DNA of 64,000 bases from an uncultured Bacteroidales bacterium (GTDB lineage Bacteria; Bacteroidota; Bacteroidia; Bacteroidales; Paludibacteraceae), in assembly GCA_902798965.1 (NCBI GenBank), contig CADBYS010000005.1, forward strand, positions 23,640 to 87,639. Reading direction: 5' to 3'. How positions within the stretch are numbered: the stretch's first letter is position 1; every line of letters starts with the position of its first letter. The position numbers and the translations under genes were made by a program. Positions 63,120 to 64,000 of this stretch are shown here, piece by piece. Below the pieces are notes generated by a model. It was given only the letters and a program-made list of their open reading frames with translations, did not search any database and was not told where the DNA came from.

Positions 63120-64000
63120 TCACATCTTCCCGCGGAACTTTCGCACTTGTACGAATATCATCACCGCCGCCACAAGTGCCGACAAAGTATCGCTCACGGG
63201 TATCGACCACCACACGCCCATTATCGGGTCGCCGGTGAAGAGCAGCGGCATAACCAGCGCCAGCGGAATCAGGAACAGAACCTGCCGCGTCAGGCTCAGG
63301 AAGATCGATTTGCCTGCCATCCCGATGGAGGTAAAGAAGTTACCCGCAACCATCTGAAAGCCAACCAATAGCATCGACGAAGCCAATATCCTCATCGGCA
63401 ATATTGTCTGCGCTATCAGCTCCGTGTCGTGCGTGAACAGCAGCACCATCCACCGCGGCACAAACTCGCCAAGCAGGAACACGCACCCCGTAACCATCGT
63501 CGCGCAAATTGCCGTCAGCTCAAACGCACGCAACATCCTACTATATTGCCGCGCACCGTAGTTGTAACCCACAATCGGCTGCATGCCTTGGTTCAGTCCC
63601 ATCACGATCATCGCAAATACGAAGATGAATCGGTTAATCACACCATACGACGCAATAGCCATATCCCCGCCGTACTCCTTGAACTGGTTGTTCAGAATGA
63701 TGATCACAAAGCAGTGGGCGATGTTCATCAGGAACGGCGACAGACCGATCGATAGCGCACGCTTCGTGATTGCGGCATCCAGGCGCCATATACCCTTGTG
63801 AAAGTGGACGATCTCCTTGGGATTCATGAATATGATCATCTGCCAACCTACGGCTATCGCTTGCGACAGGATCGTTGCCACAGCCGCGCCGCGCACACCC
63901 ATATCCAGACCGAAGATAAATATCGGGTCAAGCACAATATTGATAAACACTGCCACAATCGTAGCCACCATCGACGTGCGTGGATGCCCCATCGAGCGCA
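63120..64000 (-). CDS. MATE-family multidrug/oligosaccharidyl-lipid efflux transporter (C-terminal part; 5' end lies beyond the window)
   Basis: The polytopic membrane sequence (..GMQPIVGYNYGARQYSR.., ..VGFQMVAGNFFTSIGMAGKS..) remains in an open frame at position 64000. Confidence 0.85.
   Translation of the reverse strand, partial: RSMGHPRTSMVATIVAVFINIVLDPIFIFGLDMGVRGAAVATILSQAIAVGWQMIIFMNPKEIVHFHKGIWRLDAAITKRALSIGLSPFLMNIAHCFVIIILNNQFKEYGGDMAIASYGVINRFIFVFAMIVMGLNQGMQPIVGYNYGARQYSRMLRAFELTAICATMVTGCVFLLGEFVPRWMVLLFTHDTELIAQTILPMRILASSMLLVGFQMVAGNFFTSIGMAGKSIFLSLTRQVLFLIPLALVMPLLFTGDPIMGVWWSIPVSDTLSALVAAVMIFVQVRKFRGKM

Overview
About 64 kb of a Bacteroidales-type chromosome. The assignment rests on a SusC/SusD pair, many -7 TAnnTTTG / -33 TTTG promoters with exactly 20-nt spacers, and OMP and lipoprotein signal peptides. 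Left edge: a tRNA-Val/tRNA-Asp operon, rpsA, a XerC/D-family recombinase, two tandem deoxynucleoside kinases and a DUF4886-like protein. Positions 6.9-29.5 kb form an all-minus-strand accessory block. In transcription order it encodes a GHL10 (YddW/DigH-like) hydrolase, a 1268-aa MurNAc-L-Ala amidase fusion, SusC, SusD, a lipoprotein and four secreted multidomain proteins. A MNT/HEPN toxin-antitoxin pair with a frameshifted HEPN sits inside the block. The remaining two thirds is housekeeping: a TPR/PD40 protein, a LysM-OMP, pta-ackA, GH13, UbiA, maf, Omp85, a TrmH-like methylase, gyrB, LOG, kdsA-kdsD, an acyltransferase, AraC, miaB, greA, HIT, mreBCD-mrdA-rodA, tcdA, GT4, an Ig-like secreted protein and a partial MATE pump. 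Main hunt results: (1) the SusC/D locus has only peptidoglycan-type enzymes (amidase_3 plus GHL10), which suggests a murein-harvesting PUL; (2) six secreted proteins share a roughly 40-aa C-terminal tail ending ..IRNGQVLIxRDGxxYNxxGxxxK-stop, possibly an undescribed or permuted sorting signal; (3) three of them share a roughly 400-aa Ig-plus-propeller module; (4) several families of structured or periodic intergenic repeats are present; (5) a promoter-plus-terminator unit that could make a short RNA lies upstream of greA. I found no rRNA, CRISPR array, transposase or prophage. All calls come from reading the sequence and the ORF translations by eye; no database search was run.
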